Source: Eledone cirrhosa
Lineage: Eukaryota
Direction of reading: 5' to 3'
NCBI GenBank assembly: GCA_964016885.1
Contig: OZ024746.1
Span: 86,118,001 to 86,182,000, forward strand
DNA: 64,000 nt
Part shown: in pieces, positions 1 through 13,860 of the stretch
Layout: each line of letters starts with the position of its first letter
Numbering within the stretch: position 1 is the stretch's first letter
Made by a program: the position numbers and the translations under genes
The notes under the pieces: generated by a model
The model's input: the letters and a program-made list of their open reading frames with translations, nothing else
The model's database searches: none
Told to the model about the DNA's origin: nothing

Positions 1-163
1 TTCCTAATGTTTGTTGAGTGAGTTGGAATTTGGCGGGAGTATCGTTAAAAAGCTTTCTCCGATAATAATAATGAAATATTGTGTACAGTGCTCAGGTGCA
101 CTACAACTCATCAAAAAGTGTATGTATAGTACATAGGGTAAATGTACAAACGTCAGGAAAATG

Positions 164-250
<87 letters not shown>

Positions 251-1367
251 CGTAATAAATGGAGAATAGGAAGGCTGTGAGTTGCTAGTTAAGATAGGCT
301 TAAAATCAAGAAGAAAGCAAGAATGGGGGGGGGGGCAGTTTTCCTCATCAGTTGTCTACTGGGGATCTCGGATATTTCAACGCTTTAAAGACAATATATC
401 TACCCCCAGCGCGTTCAATAACTAGGTAAGTTATTGGGAAAACAGAGGAGGGAGGGAAAGAAAATAGAAAGGAAAGGGGAAAAAAGGGAAGAAAAGAGAA
501 AAAACAGCGAAAAAACAGCAACAAACTGGAGAAAGTACGAGCAACTTCAACATTAAGAAAGATGCTGATGTTAGATAAAGCGTTTATTTATAATAATTAT
601 TCCAACGGTTCTCCCATGCAGTCCAAGATGTAATTCATGCATTTATTGTTATGAGAACGGTATCTACAGATGAAATTCGATTTTGTGATATGCCGCCGGC
701 AGAAAAAAACACGTCCTTCTGTTCGTGCGCGCGGCAGACAAATGAGTTCCTAAAAGGGTCTCTCCCAGCCGTCGCCTTTTATAGAGTAAAGTGCTATCCA
801 TGTGTCAATTAGCGAAATCAGAACTCACGTACCCCCAACGGAATTAGATATATATACGTAAATGATTAAATAAGACCGTCATTGCTCTAATCGGTTCACT
901 AATATTCAGCAACCACCCTAAAGTGAACGCCACCCTGTACACATGACTCATGCCAAACCAAACCACATTGACATATATCAACACTTTATTACCAATTTTA
1001 TCCCCTTGATAATTACTATGACGTAACTATAGACTTGTCAGACTGACTTCTGTGACGTAAGACTAGACCTACCACTGATTTCTTGCTCTTGTTTCATTGA
1101 AAGCAAGGTTTATGTTGCAGCCTCAAAATGACTGTGCTCAATTCTTAAGTTCTACGCCCCACCATGGTGAACGTGTGCTCCACCTTGAGAAGCGCTGAAC
1201 TATACAACATATTCATCAGTTGTAAATTGTTATTCGGACGACAAACTATCTGTTTACAAGCATGCCTGTTGAAAGTTAATGCTAGGGTTACAAAACAACT
1301 ACAATAACAACAACAACGATAACGACAGAAATAACAACAATAAAGACAATAAGAATAACAATGAAAA

Positions 1368-1786
1368 TGGTTATCGATTGAGGCAAAAGGCGAACAATTT
1401 ACGGGGAAGAGAAAGGCGGTTAAATGAACCCCAGTGCATTCCGGTACTTTATTTTATCGGCCCCATAAGGATGAAAAGCAAAGCTAACCCTGGCAGGATT
1501 TGAACTCAGATCGTAAAGGGCCATAACTCTATGCCATAAAGCATGTTGTCTGACAACAACAACAACAAGGGTTTCTTATATAGGCACAAGTCCAGCAATT
1601 TTGAGGGAGGGGAAAGTCGATTAAATCGATCCCAGTGCGTGACTGGTACTTAATTCTATCGACCTCGCAAGGATGAAAAGCAAAGTTAACCTCAGCGGGA
1701 TTTGAACTCAGATCATAAAGGGCCGTAACTCTATGTTACAAAGCATGGCGTCCGACCCTCTACCGATACTGCCAATTCACCGCCCT
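1368..1786 (-). mobile_element. Two tandem SINE family A copies
   Basis: Reverse complement of the family A core and B box, seen twice. Confidence 0.85.
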
Positions 1787-1989
1787 ATCCACGACAACTA
1801 TAATGTCCTAATATAGCATAGCAGTTCTCTAACTAGAACTTTTCGAATATCCAAATTTCTTATTTTCTTAATCAATTTTATATTTTATATTATATTTTAT
1901 ATGAACCCGAGCCGTCAATAATGGCAGCAATAGCTTTGAACACACGGAGTCCAGGATTAGTGAGCCATATAAAGGCAAAGGCACCCTTC

Positions 1990-2315
1990 GGTCACGAATT
2001 ACCATGAGATTTGCACCTAGAAAGTTTCTCTCCTAGGCACAAGACCAGACAAGGTTGTTTGTGAAAGACCAGCAGTCGCCCATGCATACCAGTCTCCCTT
2101 CTCCACGCCACCGATGTTGTCCAAGGGAAAGGCAATGGCTGATACACCTTGACACCAGTGACGTCGCAACTCATTTCTACAGCTAAGTGAACTGGAGCAA
2201 CGTAAAATAAAGTGCCTTGCTCAAGAACACAAAATAAAGCCTGGTCCGAGAATCGAATTCACAACCTCACGTTTGTAAGCCCGGCGCTCTAACCACTAAG
2301 CCATGTGCTTTCACC
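1990..2315 (-). mobile_element. tRNA-derived SINE family B (partial copies at 9250-9340 +, 28665-28786 -, 32044-32240 +, 42270-42345 -)
   Basis: Reverse strand has A box TGGCTTAGTGG, a B-box-like TTCGATTC and the body TGTTCTTGAGCAAGGCACTT...GTTGCTCCAG. Confidence 0.8.
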
Positions 2316-2629
2316 AGTGTGCCATATATACCAGAAATATATGAACAGTCATAAAAACCAAGAATATTGCGTTTTGATAAATTAATGGTTTGCATAATGG
2401 ATTACACAAAAGAAACCCTATAGTTTATATTTATTTGCGAAACGCGGAACTGATTAAAGATTACAGTGTTATATTAATATATATATATATATATAGTTGT
2501 TATATAGTAAGGTGCTAATAGCAGTCGCCTCGTCTCTGACTGACTGGTGTGCCTCCATATGAGGGAATGAATTATGTGAGGTAACATCGTTTTTTTCTCC
2601 CTCATATCAAGAAATTTGAAGACAATTCA

Positions 2630-2708
2630 TTTTCACCTGATGAGATCAGTGATAATTGATCGTGGCTTCACAATCGATCTATCTATTATTGAAACATGTG
2701 TCGTGATT
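2630..2708 (+). ncRNA. Type I hammerhead ribozyme motif (PLE-associated, extended stem II)
   Basis: ttcac-CTGATGA-(47 nt)-GAAA-catgt-GTC-gtga. Stem I TCAC/GTGA, short stem III, GUC cleavage triplet. Confidence 0.75.
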
Positions 2709-2727
2709 AAATGATTGGAATTTTACC

Positions 2728-4138
2728 TTGCCTTCGGATTTTCATTTTGATATATATATACATTTCGAAACTTTATTTAAATCAAGAAAGAATCCTCTAT
2801 ACAACAAACTCCTGGAGGATTTTGAAACTGAAATGCTCGGTATACTTAAGAAAATTAAATTCAGGAAAAACCAATACCTTAGAATATTAAAAGAAAAAAT
2901 CTCGCAAATAAAAAAAGGTTAATAAAATATTGGTAAAATCGAACAAAACAAATAATTTATATGGGATAAATAAAGAAGAATACAATAACTTGATTTTAAA
3001 AGAACTAAGGAAAAATTATAAAAAAGCCCCGGCTGAAGATCTTACAGACATCAATAATGATGCATATAAATTAATTGCAAAGTTAGGAATTGAAGGAAGA
3101 ACCGAGCCTCTTATACCTAGACAGCCGCGGATCAATTTTAAAGATCACAAAAGAAATTTTGAAGAAGACCTGCCAGTTAGATTGATTGCTCCATCCAAAT
3201 CGGATATTGGAGTAATCAGTAAAAATATTATTGATAGAATTCTACCTATTTTGAATTTGAGGTCTAAATTTAGCTTGTGGAAGGATACAAACGAAGTGAT
3301 TGAATGGTATAAAAATATAGATGATAAGAAAAACCGTAAATTCATCCAGATGGACATAACAAGCTATTACTCTTCCATAACACCTAACCTACTAAATAAG
3401 GTTTTATCATACGCTTACAAACATACTGATCTAACTACGGATGAAATTGATATCATATTAACTGCTAGAAGAACTCTAATTAACTTCAACAATGAGTACT
3501 GGACCCGCTCAGATAGAAATAGAAACTTCGACATTACCATGGGATCATCTGATTCAGCGCAAATCACTGATCTTCTGGGGATTTTCATCTTAAATATGAT
3601 AAATAGAAAACTGCCGGAGATTACCAGTGGTTTATATGGGGACGATATTTTATTTACGGTTGTTAAACACAACAATATAGAACTAAATAGGGTAAAGAAA
3701 AATATAATTGAATTCTTTAAAAATTACGACCTTAAACTAGAGGTAGAAAGTGGTACCAAAATAGTTAATTTCCTTGATGTTACCCTTAACTTAAACTCTG
3801 GTTTTTATTACCCTTTCCATAAGCCCAATGAAAACTTAAATTACGTTAGTTATTATAATCCCCCTAAATCTGTGAAAAAAGCAATTATAAATAGCGTACA
3901 AAAACGCATAAATAGAATATCTGCCAATAAATCAATATTTGATGAAAACTCAGGATATTATAATGATGCGCTGAAAAAGGTAGGTTATAAAAATAGTATA
4001 GAATATATAGGCAATAATAATCCGAGTGTTAATCCTGATAAAAATAATGACATATATAAACGAAATCCTATAAATTCTAATAATTGTAATTCAAACACCT
4101 GTACTGTGAATAAATCGGGGAAAAGAACCAGAACTTAA
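2728..4138 (+). pseudogene. Penelope-like reverse transcriptase (frameshifted near 2922; main frame 2930-4138)
   Basis: Motifs FKDHK.NF, RLIAPSKSDIG.ISK.I.DRI, FIQMDITSYYSSI, FDITMGS.D.A, GLYGDD, VNFLDVTLNL, PFHKPN are typical of PLE RTs. The upstream frame LEDFETEML..LKKIKFRK is the PLE N-terminal region. No GIY-YIG seen downstream. Confidence 0.9.
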
Positions 4139-5736
4139 TTAACAAAAAAAGCGAATTATTCTCAAACTGCCTTCATAAAGCTTTGTCTATATTCCAAGCC
4201 TTGCAAAAAGTCAGGAAAAAACAGTAAACAACCAGGCATGATTTTTGACGTCTCTTATCAACTGTTGGACATAAAGGACATAACGGTTTATAAAACTTTA
4301 ATAATCCTTTATCTTCTAATAATTTATGATAGAATTAATGTTAGAATGAAGGACACTCGTTTGATAACTTGTTTACTTGATAAGTATACATACGTTATGA
4401 TTTTTTGGATATTTATAATTTTGATTCAGATCTTTATCTATCTGTCTCTGTTTTAAGTACATAGTTTGGATATTTAACTTGTAAATTTACTGATTATAAT
4501 TGAGCTTTAGATCACTCATGCGTTTGCATATTTTATATATTTTACTCATTTTGAATGGGTTTTTGGGGACTCAGAAAGTTAGTTTTGCATTTGTTTTTCT
4601 ATGTATATCTAGGTATAAACATAACAAACCATAATAGTCGACAAATATTGGTCTATCTCTCCACTGAACTGGAGGTAAAACTACAAATGATTATAATTAT
4701 TATTTTATTAAATGTATACCGTTTCATTAATACCTATAATAATATCTCTATATAGTTGTACAAATATCTTTATCTAGTGTAATAACATAATCGTAGTTAT
4801 ATTTATAAATAATTTAGACACTCCTATGACTTTATATTGTTATAAGTGTTTGATATTCCCTGGTAGCTCGAACTTATATAATCATTTACTTAATATAATA
4901 TAATATAATATAATTTAATTTAACTTACTTTATTTTATTTTATTTTATTTTAATTAAATTTAGATTACCTTCGGCTTTTTCAAATATTTAGCTCATCTTT
5001 ATATCACATTCGCTAAAATATTTTAGATATATCTTTTCTATACTATATTAAAACCCTGTTGCAGTTATAGACACTCAAATGACTTTATATTGTTATAAGT
5101 GTTTGATATTCCCTCGAAGGTAGAACTTATATAATCATTTACTTAATATAATATAATTTAATTTAACTTATTTTATTTTATTTTATTTTATTTTATTTTA
5201 TTTTATTTAATTTTATTTTAATTTAGATTACCTTCGGCTTTTTCAAATATTTAGCTACTCTATTGATCACATTCGCTAAAATATTTTAGATATATCTTTT
5301 CTATACTATATTGAAACCCTATTGCATTTATAATATAATATAATATGGTATAATATGGTATAATATAATATAATATATTTTTAAATATTGGGCACCTTTA
5401 AGTGTCGCAAACTTTTCATTTTCGTTCATTTGTATATTTATTTTGTACCTAGCCCCTATCATTAGGACTCATATAGTTTTGACTTATATCTTTATAGTGT
5501 ATATCAACTAAATGAAAATAATTCATATAAAACATTAATTCTTTAGCAATATTTTTAACAACATTTTTAACTATATATATTTTTGAACAATATTTTCAGT
5601 AACATATTTACTATATTGCATGATTGCATTATTATATTGTATTGTATTATATATATTTGAAAGGTATCACCTCATTATTGCATTATTATATTGTGTTATA
5701 TATGTTTGAAAGGTATCACCTCAATTATAAACAAAT

Positions 5737-5920
5737 AATTGTTTCTACTTTTTGGCACAAGGCCAGCAATTACCCAGTGAATTACTGGTACTTTATTTTA
5801 TCGACCCCGTAAGGATGAAAAGCAAAGTTAACCTCGGCGCGATTTGAACTCAGAATGTCAAGGGCCGTAACTCTATGCGTCAAAGCATGGCGTCCGACCA
5901 TCTACCGATACTCCCAACCC
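5737..5920 (-). mobile_element. SINE family A copy inserted in the PLE 3' region
   Basis: Family A core on the reverse strand. Confidence 0.85.
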
Positions 5921-6737
5921 ACCTATAAACAAATAATAAACTATAATCTTTCTATTTTAGATCGATACATATATATAATTAAAAACTCGGACTTTTTTAA
6001 GTTTAGTTATAAGGCCGGTTGATACTTTAGGCCCTCAAACTATATAACAATAAATTCTTTAATAATTATAACTATAATTATTTTACAAATTATATTATAG
6101 AAACTGTTGTCAATATTATAAATCATTTTGGTATAGATTACCTTCGTGAAGATAGAAAAACATTATATGTATTTTCTTTCTCGTGTTTCGTAAATCCTTA
6201 AATTTGTTTTCATAAAACTTGAATTTTAGAAATTAAACATAATTATATTATAATATTAATACAAATATCTATTAACTTTTAAAATCTAAAATATTATTCC
6301 TTACCCTGAAATAACTTAAATTAAATATTTTGAAAATTAACCGCCAAATATATTATTTTGGACATGTGTTACAAATATGGATATCTGTGTTTATAAACTT
6401 GAACATAAATTACTCCCCTTTGTCTCTCTCTCTTTAATCATCTTTCATCCGTTTTTACAAGCCACCTTCTAAATATATTATCACATCAGCTGTTTCTTCC
6501 TCTATACTTTCCTTTCCCTCCTCTTTCTCCAGTAGTTTTTAAAAATTAAAAATTATGACTGTTATATTGATGCCATGTATCTCTTAAACTCTATTAAACG
6601 CACCCTCCCTATTGTTTGTATTATGTTATCTCATCTTCTCAATATTAGGGTATAAATATTGAGTTTTGTCATAAGTTAATCACTACCATAACTAAATCTT
6701 AACCATCTAATATGTCAGGGTATGTCATGTATCATTT

Positions 6738-6804
6738 TATTTTATCTGATAAGGACGTACTGTTGAACTTAACTCAGTACCTCTGAAATATGTATAATAA
6801 AATA
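6738..6804 (+). ncRNA. Hammerhead ribozyme motif with degenerate core (CTGATAA)
   Basis: tattttat-CTGATAA-ggacgtactg...cagtacctct-GAAA-tatgt-ATA-ataaaata. Same family as 16437-16664. Confidence 0.65.
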
Positions 6805-6932
6805 TAATTGATCACAAGAATATCTATTTTGTTAATACTTCGAATAACTCTGGAAAACCTTTACTTGTTGAGTGCTTCCAATCTATTGTAAAACTCATTC
6901 TTTGATATGTGCATTCAACCTTGTTTAACTTT

Positions 6933-6971
<39 letters not shown>

Positions 6972-7253
6972 CTGATGCCCCGAGGGAATTGGTGTGGTGG
7001 TGGGTGTTGAGTGGTGGTGGAATATGGTTATTCTTAATTATATCTTTAACAAACTGGAAGAGATGGAATTGGCACGTTTCATACTGTTCCGCTTCGACCA
7101 TTTTATGATAGAATTGAAATTGGCTTCAAATAAGGAGTGGTTATCTTTGATATATGTATATTCCTCTATGTGTCTCTCTCTCTTTTATAATAATTGCAGT
7201 TATATATATATATAAATATGTGTGTGTGTGTGTGTGTGTATATATATGTATAG

Positions 7254-7297
<44 letters not shown>

Positions 7298-7306
7298 GTG
7301 TGTGTG

Positions 7307-7338
<32 letters not shown>

Positions 7339-7910
7339 AATATATATATATACGTGATTTTATAATTTTATAATAAATAAATATATACAGTATATGTATT
7401 ATTTTATAATAATTGCAGTTTAGCATTGTCAGCAAAGATTCTTTTTTGTTATACTACCATGATCCTCATTCACCCTGTCATTTATTTAGCCCCTGTCGTT
7501 AGCATATTTCTCAGAAATAAACACTGCCTATGATTTTCAAATAATTCTGAAAATCGTCAAGAATTTGGAGTGCATTTATTATATAACTAATTTGCTCTGT
7601 CTTCCATTTTAAAGCTGGTGTTTGAAACTTAACAAATATTCTTACATGAAATGATGATGAATGGGTTTCAGATAAATATCAGCTTAGTTTCATAGGCACG
7701 ATTCAGGGTGGTATGGTATTCAAAGGGTTAAATGCTGTGTATAAATCTTGCATAGATAAGGTAAACGCGTGTTTCATTTGTTTGGTCATGAAAACAGCTG
7801 GCTCGTAAAATCAACATGCAAGTGACTGAGCATTCTTCAGACACATGCACTCTTAACATAGTTCCCAGGAATCAGCGTGACACTATTCAGTGAGTATATA
7901 TTATATTTTT

Positions 7911-7953
<43 letters not shown>

Positions 7954-8012
7954 CATGTTTATGCATTTATACACACACATATAGATATATATGTATATAT
8001 ATAGAGAGAGAG

Positions 8013-8058
<46 letters not shown>

Positions 8059-8317
8059 CTCTCTCTTTATATTTATATGTATGTATATATATATATATAT
8101 GTAAATATATATATGTAAGAATGTATGTATAGTAATATATAGTAAGTCAGCAAAAACACGGAATCAAAGACATCCAGTGATGATGTGTGTCGGTAAACAT
8201 CTTTTATTGGTAAAATATAAAATCTGTTTATGTTCGTATACCGTTGGGATAAAAAACTTCTGACGTTTCTTAGCAGATGATATAAAATATATGTATGTGT
8301 GTGTATATATATGTATA

Positions 8318-8405
<88 letters not shown>

Positions 8406-8484
8406 TATATGTGTGTGTGTATATATATATGTATGTATGTGTGTATATATATATATATATGAGTATGTGTGCGTACGCGTATGT

Positions 8485-8518
<34 letters not shown>

Positions 8519-8542
8519 ACCTATGTATATATGTGTATGTAT

Positions 8543-8576
<34 letters not shown>

Positions 8577-8740
8577 ACCTATGTATATATGTGTATGTAT
8601 ATATATATGTATGTATATATACATATGCATATATATATATGCATATATATATGTTTATGTTTATACATATATGTATATATATATATTTATATATATGTAT
8701 ATACATAGATATATATATATATACATACATATATATATAT

Positions 8741-8807
<67 letters not shown>

Positions 8808-8820
8808 ATATATATATACA

Positions 8821-8884
<64 letters not shown>

Positions 8885-8886
8885 AG

Positions 8887-8920
<34 letters not shown>

Positions 8921-8921
8921 C

Positions 8922-8969
<48 letters not shown>

Positions 8970-9460
8970 TGCCCTCCTTTCCTTTTAAGTATATTACTTT
9001 TAAGTATATTACTTTTTTTTATACGTACATATTCATTTACATTTATTCTTTAGCAATAATGTCCCGAAATTTATCAATGTGCCAAGACCCTTTCGGTTTT
9101 ATCTTTTGGACGAAGTTCGAATAGTATTGTTTTATAGGCATGTTTTTATAGTGGGCAGAAATGATCAAGGGAAGGGCGTTATCACGAACGAAATGCTCAT
9201 CGCTAGATTATAAACTTTGAAGCGTTAGCTACAAAGCACATTCTCATAGTAAAGGCACGTTGGGCTTAGTGGGTAAGGCATAGGACGTGCGAACATAAGA
9301 TCTGTGGTTGGATTCCTGGACCGAACGATGTGTTATATTCTTATTCCCATGAGGTACAACCTACTAATACGCCAACTAAACCTGCATAAATGTGAGGTGA
9401 AAGAATAACAACATGAAAGATCCCCTGTCCCTTATCAATAAAACATCAAAAAAACGTCTT

Positions 9461-10737
9461 ATGAGATGTAGCTCGGTGAGCGGCCAACTAAGCTTGCATA
9501 ATTGTGAGATGTAGCTCGGTGAGCGGCCAGTTAAGCTTGCATAATTGTGAGATGTAGCTCGGTGAGCGGCCAACTAAGCTTGCATAATTGTGAGATGTAG
9601 CTCGGTGAGCGGCCAGTTAATCTTGCATAATGGTGAGATGTAGCTCGGTGAGCGGCCAGTTAAGCTTGCATAATTGTGAGATGTAGCTCGGTGAGCGGCC
9701 AGTTAATCTTGCATAATTGTGAGATGTAGCTCGGTGAGCGGCCAGTTAATCTTGCATAATGGTGAGATGTAGCTCGGTGAGCGGCCAGTTAAGCTTGCAT
9801 AATTGTGAGATGTAGCTCGGTGAGCGGCCAGTTAAGCTTGCATAATTGTGAGATGTAGCTCGGTGAGCGGCCAACTAAGCTTGCATAATTGTGAGATGTA
9901 GCTCGGTGAGCGGCCAGTTAATCTTGCATAATGGTGAGATGTAGCTCGGTGAGCGGCCAGTTAAGCTTGCATAATTGTGAGATATAGCTCGGTGAGCGGC
10001 CAGCTAATCTTGCATAATTGTGAGATGTAGCTCGGTGAGCGGCCAACTAAGCTTGCATAATTGTGAGATGTAGCTCGGTGAGCGGCCAGTTAATCTTGCA
10101 TAATGGTGAGATGTAGCTCGGTGAGCGGCCAGCTAATCTTGCATAATTGTGAGATGTAGCTCGGTGAGCGGCCAGCTAATCTTGCATAATGGTGAGATGT
10201 AGCTCGGTGAGCGGCCAGCTAATCTTGCATAATTGTGAGATGTAGCTCGGTGAGCGGCCAACTAAGCTTGCATAATTGTGAGCTGTAGCTCGGTGAGCGG
10301 CCAGTTAATCTTGCATAATTGTGAGCTGTAGCTCGGTGAGCGGCTAGCTAATCTTGCATAGATGTGAGATGCAGCCCGGTAAACGGCTAGCTAAGCTTGC
10401 ATAGATGTGAGATGCAGCCCGGTAAACGGCTAGCTAAGCTTGCATAGATGTGAGATGCAGCCCGGTAAGCGGCTAGCTAAGCTTGCATAATTGTACGCTG
10501 CATCCCACTGAGCGGCCAGCTAAGCCTCCATATTTGTGAGCTGCAAACTAAGCCTGTATAATTGTGAGCTGTAACCCGTTAAGCGGCCAGCTAAACTTGC
10601 ATAATTGTGAGCTGCAGCCAGCTAAACTTGCATAATTGTGAGCTGCAGCCAGCTAAACTTGCATAATTGTGAGCTGCCCCCAGCTAAACTTGCATAATTG
10701 TGAGCTGCCCCCAGCTAAACTTGCATAATTGTGAGTT
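9461..10737. repeat. Minisatellite: 43-bp unit (~25 copies) decaying into 31-bp units
   Basis: Unit GTGAGATGTAGCTCGGTGAGCGGCCAGTTAAGCTTGCATAATT in tandem with no spacers. Terminal 31-bp units GTGAGCTGCAGCCAGCTAAACTTGCATAATT. Confidence 0.97.
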
Positions 10738-11342
10738 ATAAATTTCACTTTATTTGATTTCATTTCATTCAGCAACAAGTAATACGTCATAATTTATCCC
10801 TAGGGGCTGAATCTGTATTTTAATATTTTTTTTTGTTTATAATGTACTATCAATTAATCTTCAATAGAAAATCTTGTAGGTTTTACTGGAATTCTATATA
10901 GGTTGTTTGTATTATCAACTAATGTTTTTCTGTCATGTTTTGTTTCATATTCTGTACTATAAAATCCTGACATAACTCTTTGTTGTAGACTCATGGTCAA
11001 CCGATGAGAAGATAATATACGTGCGTGACCCATACAACATACCCACACATATGCATACACACACATATATATACATATATATATATAGTCACACTCAAAT
11101 ACACACTCACACACACGTATACATAATCTATAAAAGTTATGTTGTGTATTTATGAATAAGACCACACAGACAGAAATATCCTTTTTATATACATAGGGTC
11201 ACACCCACACCTATATACACAAGATCATTTATACATATATATATATGGGTGAATGTGTGTCTGTGTGTGTATCTGCGTGTGTATGTGTGTCTGTGTCTGT
11301 GTGCGTGCGTGTGTATCTGTGTATACATACACATTCATGTAC

Positions 11343-11391
<49 letters not shown>

Positions 11392-11656
11392 AATGACTGG
11401 TGTCTATTCACTTCCCATTATGTAACAAACATCAGAAGCAACCCAGAAATATTGGTGCCACTTCTTTGTAAACACTAAAGAATTGTTCAATATCACGTAT
11501 CAGATAGGATGGACACACGCACACGTACACATACACACACACTTACTCAGATACACATATGCACTCACACACATACACCTATATAGACACATGCAAACAC
11601 ACACACATGTTCAAACTCACGGACAATCACACACGTATATATATATATATATACAT

Positions 11657-11704
<48 letters not shown>

Positions 11705-11744
11705 ATGTGTGCATGTGTGTATGTATATATATACATGTGTGTGT

Positions 11745-11781
<37 letters not shown>

Positions 11782-11813
11782 CATGTATGTATATATATGT
11801 GTGTGTATGAATG

Positions 11814-11850
<37 letters not shown>

Positions 11851-12031
11851 GTATGTATATATATGTATATATATGTATGTATGTATATATATGTATATAT
11901 ATGTATGTATGTATATATATGTATATATATGTATGTATGTATATATATGTATATATATGTGTGTGCATGTATGTATATGTATATATGAGTGTATATATAT
12001 ATATATATAAGTATATATATGTGTATGTATA

Positions 12032-12076
<45 letters not shown>

Positions 12077-12103
12077 ATGCATGTATATGTATACACATGT
12101 GTG

Positions 12104-12134
<31 letters not shown>

Positions 12135-12401
12135 ATATATAGCGTTTGTTTCTATCATTTCCTCCCGTCTATCTATCTGAATCTGTATGTAATCTAAAAG
12201 ACAGTCACGGTATTTTTTTTATCAAATACAGACGACAAAAATAACCGGAAGTGAAATATGCTGAATATTAGGAAAAATGTTTTCATACTTTTTTGTCTTC
12301 TTCCACTTTTGGAAAATAAATTAGAAATATTCAACTTGTGCGATTCGAACTGTTTACGATCCTCTGGGATAGTTGCTGTCTTCATAGTTGTTCTTCGTGT
12401 T

Positions 12402-12446
<45 letters not shown>

Positions 12447-12464
12447 TATATATATATGTATATA

Positions 12465-12545
<81 letters not shown>

Positions 12546-12547
<2 letters not shown>

Positions 12548-12733
12548 CGAAGGAAATGTGGTAAGGAACCAGGTGGACCATAACGCACCAAAGTACTCAA
12601 TACTTGGGGTAGTAGAGTGGGTAATAGGAACCAGTAAGACCCCGACGGCTGAGCTCAAGCCGTTTCGACGGCTAATTCTGGACTAGAATTAGCCGTCGAA
12701 ACGGCTTGAGCTCAGCCGTCGGGGTCTTACTGG

Positions 12734-12736
<3 letters not shown>
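12546..12736. repeat. Fold-back PLE-like 3'-end repeat (family also at 13003-13172, 16027-16217, 40840-40960, 42500-42548)
   Basis: Shared ...GAAACGGCTTGAGCTCAGCCGTCGGGGTC...CCTGGTTCCTTACCAC end, with a palindrome centred near 12682. Embedded in (TA)n. Confidence 0.85.
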
Positions 12737-12779
<43 letters not shown>

Positions 12780-13424
12780 CGTGCGTGTGTGCGTGTGTGT
12801 GTTTGTGTGTGTGTGTACATATATATATATATGTATATATTAATAAATTTATATATATATATATATTTATTAATAAATTAATAAATATTTCCTCTATGGT
12901 TTTTATATATTTTATATATATATATAGTATCTTTATCGAACCCTCTTCGGATTATAGTCTTCACATTTATTATTATTACTAATTATTATTATTACTAACT
13001 GTTGCGGCAGTTTCGACAGCTAGATCCGAACTGTTCGGATCTAGCTGTCGAAACTGCCGGAGCTCACCCGTCGGGGTCTTGACATTTTTCCTATTACCCA
13101 CTCTGCTACCCTAAGTATCGAGTACTCTGGTGCGTTATGGTCCACCTGGTTCCTTACCACACTTCCTTTTTCATATATATATTCATTACGTTTATCGATT
13201 GGTGACGCGCGTTTCACCGCTATTGATTAGCTCAATACAGATCGAATCTTGAACTGATCAATAGCGAAACGCGTGTTACCAATCAATAAATGTAATGACG
13301 GCTTAACAAATCGTTCTTGTATCATTATATTGCACTCTGTCTAGCTCAACACCTCGGCACTGACGTGAACCTAAACATCGAGTGCTCACCTGGGTGAACC
13401 TACAGTAACTTCACGTTACACTCC

Positions 13425-13511
<87 letters not shown>

Positions 13512-13860
13512 CATATATATATATATATATATCACAGAAAAAAAGAATCAGTGTTGCGACGAAAGGAATTTATTGGATATATTACAATTGTTTCTCGGGC
13601 GACCAGCTCGAGGCACGATCGATGTGGTGATCAAACCTGACTCTGAAATCGCGCGGTCCTCGGATACGTCTCGATTCTGTCGATTTCGACAAATGAGGGT
13701 TCAACAGTGAAATTCCGTTATAACGATATTCACGGGGTATAAAAAAATTTCGTTGTAACGAAAAATTCTTTATAACGAGATCGACCTAACATATCGAGCA
13801 TGTGGCCGGGGATTGAACAAATTTCGTTATACTGAAAAATTCGTTATAATGGTATTCGTC

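Larger units (their letters stand above)
2495..6935 (+). mobile_element. Penelope-like element (PLE), degraded or composite
   Basis: Bounded by (TA)n. Hammerhead at 2630-2708, PLE RT frames at 2728-4138, long AT-rich 3' region, pLTR-like end with a hammerhead at 6738-6804. Whether both ends belong to one element is uncertain. Confidence 0.65.

Noticed and set aside
9461-10737. CRISPR-like array
   Set aside because: Units are contiguous tandem repeats with no unique spacers, there are no cas genes, and the context is eukaryotic.
7154-12200. Many YI/HT/CV-rich ORFs (also throughout the window)
   Set aside because: Translations of (TA)n, (CA)n and (TG)n microsatellites, which lack stop codons.
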